Origin: Clostridiales bacterium
Lineage (GTDB): Bacteria > Bacillota > Clostridia > Christensenellales > CAG-138
Length of the DNA stretch: 64,000 nucleotides
Reading direction: 5' to 3'
Assembly: GCA_012838425.1 (NCBI GenBank)
Contig: DUPG01000014.1
Span: 65,541-129,540 of the forward strand
Numbering within the stretch: position 1 is the stretch's first letter; each line of letters begins with the position of its first letter. The notes beneath the pieces were generated by a model that was given only the letters and a program-made list of their open reading frames with translations, did no database searches and had not been told where the DNA came from. Of the stretch, positions 61,951 to 64,000 are shown piece after piece. The translations under genes and the position numbers were made by a program.

Positions 61951-64000
61951 TACTTTATTATAGCTGTTTTAGTGTTTTTGAAAGCAGTATCGCTTGTTCT
62001 CGCGTACTTTGGCACTAATGCGCGTTTCAGCTTATTGCAGCCCATAAAAGCCATATCGCCTATGCTCTCAATGCTTTTCGGAAGGTTTACTTCCTCTAAT
62101 TTTTCACATCCCGAAAACGCCTGCTCATAAATTGCCTTCAAACCGTCGTTAAGGCGTATTGCTCTCAATTCTATACATTCTGAAAAAGCGTTTTCGCAAA
62201 TGGTTTCAATAGTGACGGGCAATTCGACATATTTCAGCTTCTTACATTCTGAAAACGCCGCTTGTGGAATTGCTGTAATGTAGCAGCTTAATTCAAGTGT
62301 GTGCAGGCTTGCGCAATCTGAAAACGCAAATGCGCCCAATTCTTTGACGCTGTTCGGTATGGATACTTCCTCCAAGCTCGTACAATGCTCAAATGCGCCG
62401 CGTAATATAGCTCGCACACCGTTATTTATCGATAGCGTCTTTAACCCTTTGCAGCGGCTGAACGCATAGCAGTCTATGGTTTTTATGTTGCTGTGAATAG
62501 CAAGCGTTTGCAGCGACGCGCAGCCGAAGAAAGCCTCTTTGCCTATTGAGTTCAGTTTATCAGGCAGCTTTACCTCTTTTAGCGAGGTGCAGCAGAAGAA
62601 TGTACCGTCGTCGATAGCTGTCAAGTTAATGGGCAATATAGCCTCTTCAAGCCTCGTACAGTCAGAAAAAGCAAACCTGCCTATTTTCTTAATGCTGTTC
62701 GGAATTGAAATGTGTTTCAGCGCAGTGCATTTAGAGAAGCAGCAATCCTCAATTTCGCTCAATCCGTTTGGGATATTAACCTCCTCTAATGCGCGGCAGA
62801 GATAAAAGGCTTGTCTGCCTAACTTCTTCAAAGTAAATGGAAGCTCAGCCGCCCGCAGCTTTTCACAGCTGTAAAACGCTTTATTGCCTATTCTCTCAAC
62901 ATTTATGGGGATATGTATTTCACGCAGATTTATACAGTCGCAAAACGCGCTGTCGCCAATGGCTTTTAGCGTCGTAGGCAAGTAGGCGCTTTCAAGTGCG
63001 CGACAGTTTAGAAACATATTGTCGCTTATTTTAGCACAGTAAGGCGGTATTTCAATAGCCTTCAACGCGGTACAGCTTGCAAAAACACCTTCGCTGAAAG
63101 CTATATCGCTTATGGGCAGCTTAATCTCAGTCAGACTTCTACATTCAGAAAATGCGTACTTGCCAATTTTCTTGACCTCTTGCGGCAAATGCACTGTTTT
63201 CAGCGCCTTACAGCCCAAAAATGCCCTTTCGCCTATGGTTTTCAGCTCGGAATCATAAGCAAACTCTATTTTAGTCAGGTTTTCGCATTCAATAAATGCT
63301 CTTGCGCTTATTGAAATAAGCTTTGCGTTTACATAAACCTCCTGCAAAGCGGTACACCTTGCAAAAACTGCTGAAGCCAGCTTTGTCAAGCTCCCGGGCA
63401 AAGTGATTTTAGTTAGTGAACCACAGTCAGAGAATGCGCCTGTTCCGATAAAGTCTATATTTTCGGGCAGGTTTATTTTCGTCAGCTTAGCGCAGCCCGA
63501 AAACGCATTCTTCGCAATAGTAATAAGGCTATCGGGCAGAGCAACGCTTTCAAGCTGTTCACAGTTTAAGAAAGCGTCCTCATCAATCGTTTCCACTCCA
63601 TTTGGAATAGTGATGTGTCTTATTCCGCTTTCAGCAAATGCGCTTTTTGAAAGCTTTTCAAGCGTATTAGGCAATTCAATTTCATACAGGCTTTTGCAGC
63701 CGTAAAAAGCGTTGCTGCCTATTTTGTGCAGCTTGCTTGGCAGCTTTACAAACGACAGCCTTATACATTCGGAGAACAAACTGTTAGCGCATGAATGCAA
63801 CCCCGAATTCAGTACAGCGCTTGTAAGCTCGGTACATTTTGAAAACGCCCCCTCGCCTAAAAGCGACAGGCTTGTCGGCGCCTCGATTTTCTGAACAGCC
63901 GTATTGTAAAAAGCGTATGCGCCTATCGCCTGCAAGCCATGCGGCAGTATGATTTCGCGTAAAGCCTTACAGTTTGAGAATGCCCCGTCCTCAATCTTTT
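61947..64000 (-). CDS. BspA-type leucine-rich repeat (LRR_5) protein; 5' end lies outside the window
   Basis: Tandem ~23-aa repeats (..I.IP.sV..Ig..AF..C..L..v..). The frame stays open from the track start to base 64000 (..KIEDGAFSNCKALREIILPHGLQAIG..). Confidence 0.85.
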   Translation of the reverse strand, partial: KIEDGAFSNCKALREIILPHGLQAIGAYAFYNTAVQKIEAPTSLSLLGEGAFSKCTELTSAVLNSGLHSCANSLFSECIRLSFVKLPSKLHKIGSNAFYGCKSLYEIELPNTLEKLSKSAFAESGIRHITIPNGVETIDEDAFLNCEQLESVALPDSLITIAKNAFSGCAKLTKINLPENIDFIGTGAFSDCGSLTKITLPGSLTKLASAVFARCTALQEVYVNAKLISISARAFIECENLTKIEFAYDSELKTIGERAFLGCKALKTVHLPQEVKKIGKYAFSECRSLTEIKLPISDIAFSEGVFASCTALKAIEIPPYCAKISDNMFLNCRALESAYLPTTLKAIGDSAFCDCINLREIHIPINVERIGNKAFYSCEKLRAAELPFTLKKLGRQAFYLCRALEEVNIPNGLSEIEDCCFSKCTALKHISIPNSIKKIGRFAFSDCTRLEEAILPINLTAIDDGTFFCCTSLKEVKLPDKLNSIGKEAFFGCASLQTLAIHSNIKTIDCYAFSRCKGLKTLSINNGVRAILRGAFEHCTSLEEVSIPNSVKELGAFAFSDCASLHTLELSCYITAIPQAAFSECKKLKYVELPVTIETICENAFSECIELRAIRLNDGLKAIYEQAFSGCEKLEEVNLPKSIESIGDMAFMGCNKLKRALVPKYARTSDTAFKNTKTAIIKY

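Noticed and set aside
1-64000. Search for mobile elements, prophage, toxin-antitoxin pairs, restriction-modification or other defence islands, tRNA/rRNA genes and CRISPR arrays.
   Set aside because: I recognised no transposase, integrase, recombinase, Cas, methyltransferase-nuclease pair, terminal inverted repeats, tRNA cloverleaf or repeat-spacer structure. The window reads as core chromosome with a few lineage-specific surface-protein genes.

Overview
This is a dense 64-kb chromosomal window, probably from an endospore-forming Clostridia-class Firmicute. Supporting evidence: sigH, yqfC/yqfD, a gerA-type germinant-receptor operon, GGAGG-type RBSs and frequent TTG/GTG starts. A canonical type I dockerin module suggests a Ruminococcaceae/Oscillospiraceae-like organism with cohesin-dockerin assemblies (inference only). 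I call about 55 protein genes, mostly housekeeping. They include tdh-kbl, an M29 aminopeptidase, an envelope-glycan gene set, sigH, glmM, trxB, rimI-tsaB-tsaE, tgt, rho and rpsT. They also include a sigma/anti-sigma module, yqfD/yqfC, a dGTPase, glgB, pgk-tpiA-gpmI, ftsY, gerA/B/C-like genes, trmL, coaE, polA, an Opp-like ABC transporter and glnA. I recognised no rRNA, tRNA, CRISPR array, transposase, integrase, phage or classical defence genes. I do not see one compact new multi-gene system. The leads worth follow-up are individual. (1) Rho carries a Q/Y/P/N-rich, prion-like N-terminal insertion of about 170 aa. (2) An orphan protein of about 950 aa has a canonical prepilin signal fused to about 15 GLUG-type repeats. 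(3) A self-contained promoter-hairpin-terminator unit would give an ~80-nt C-rich small RNA. (4) A PBP5/DacF-like protein has all three catalytic motifs degenerate. (5) glnA is interrupted by a single in-frame TAA. (6) The Opp-like transporter has an oversized binding protein and a permease with an extracytoplasmic insertion of about 320 aa. (7) A dockerin-tethered multidomain protein carries a clan-CD-like His-Gly/Cys signature. All family assignments come from motif recognition by eye; no database search was run.
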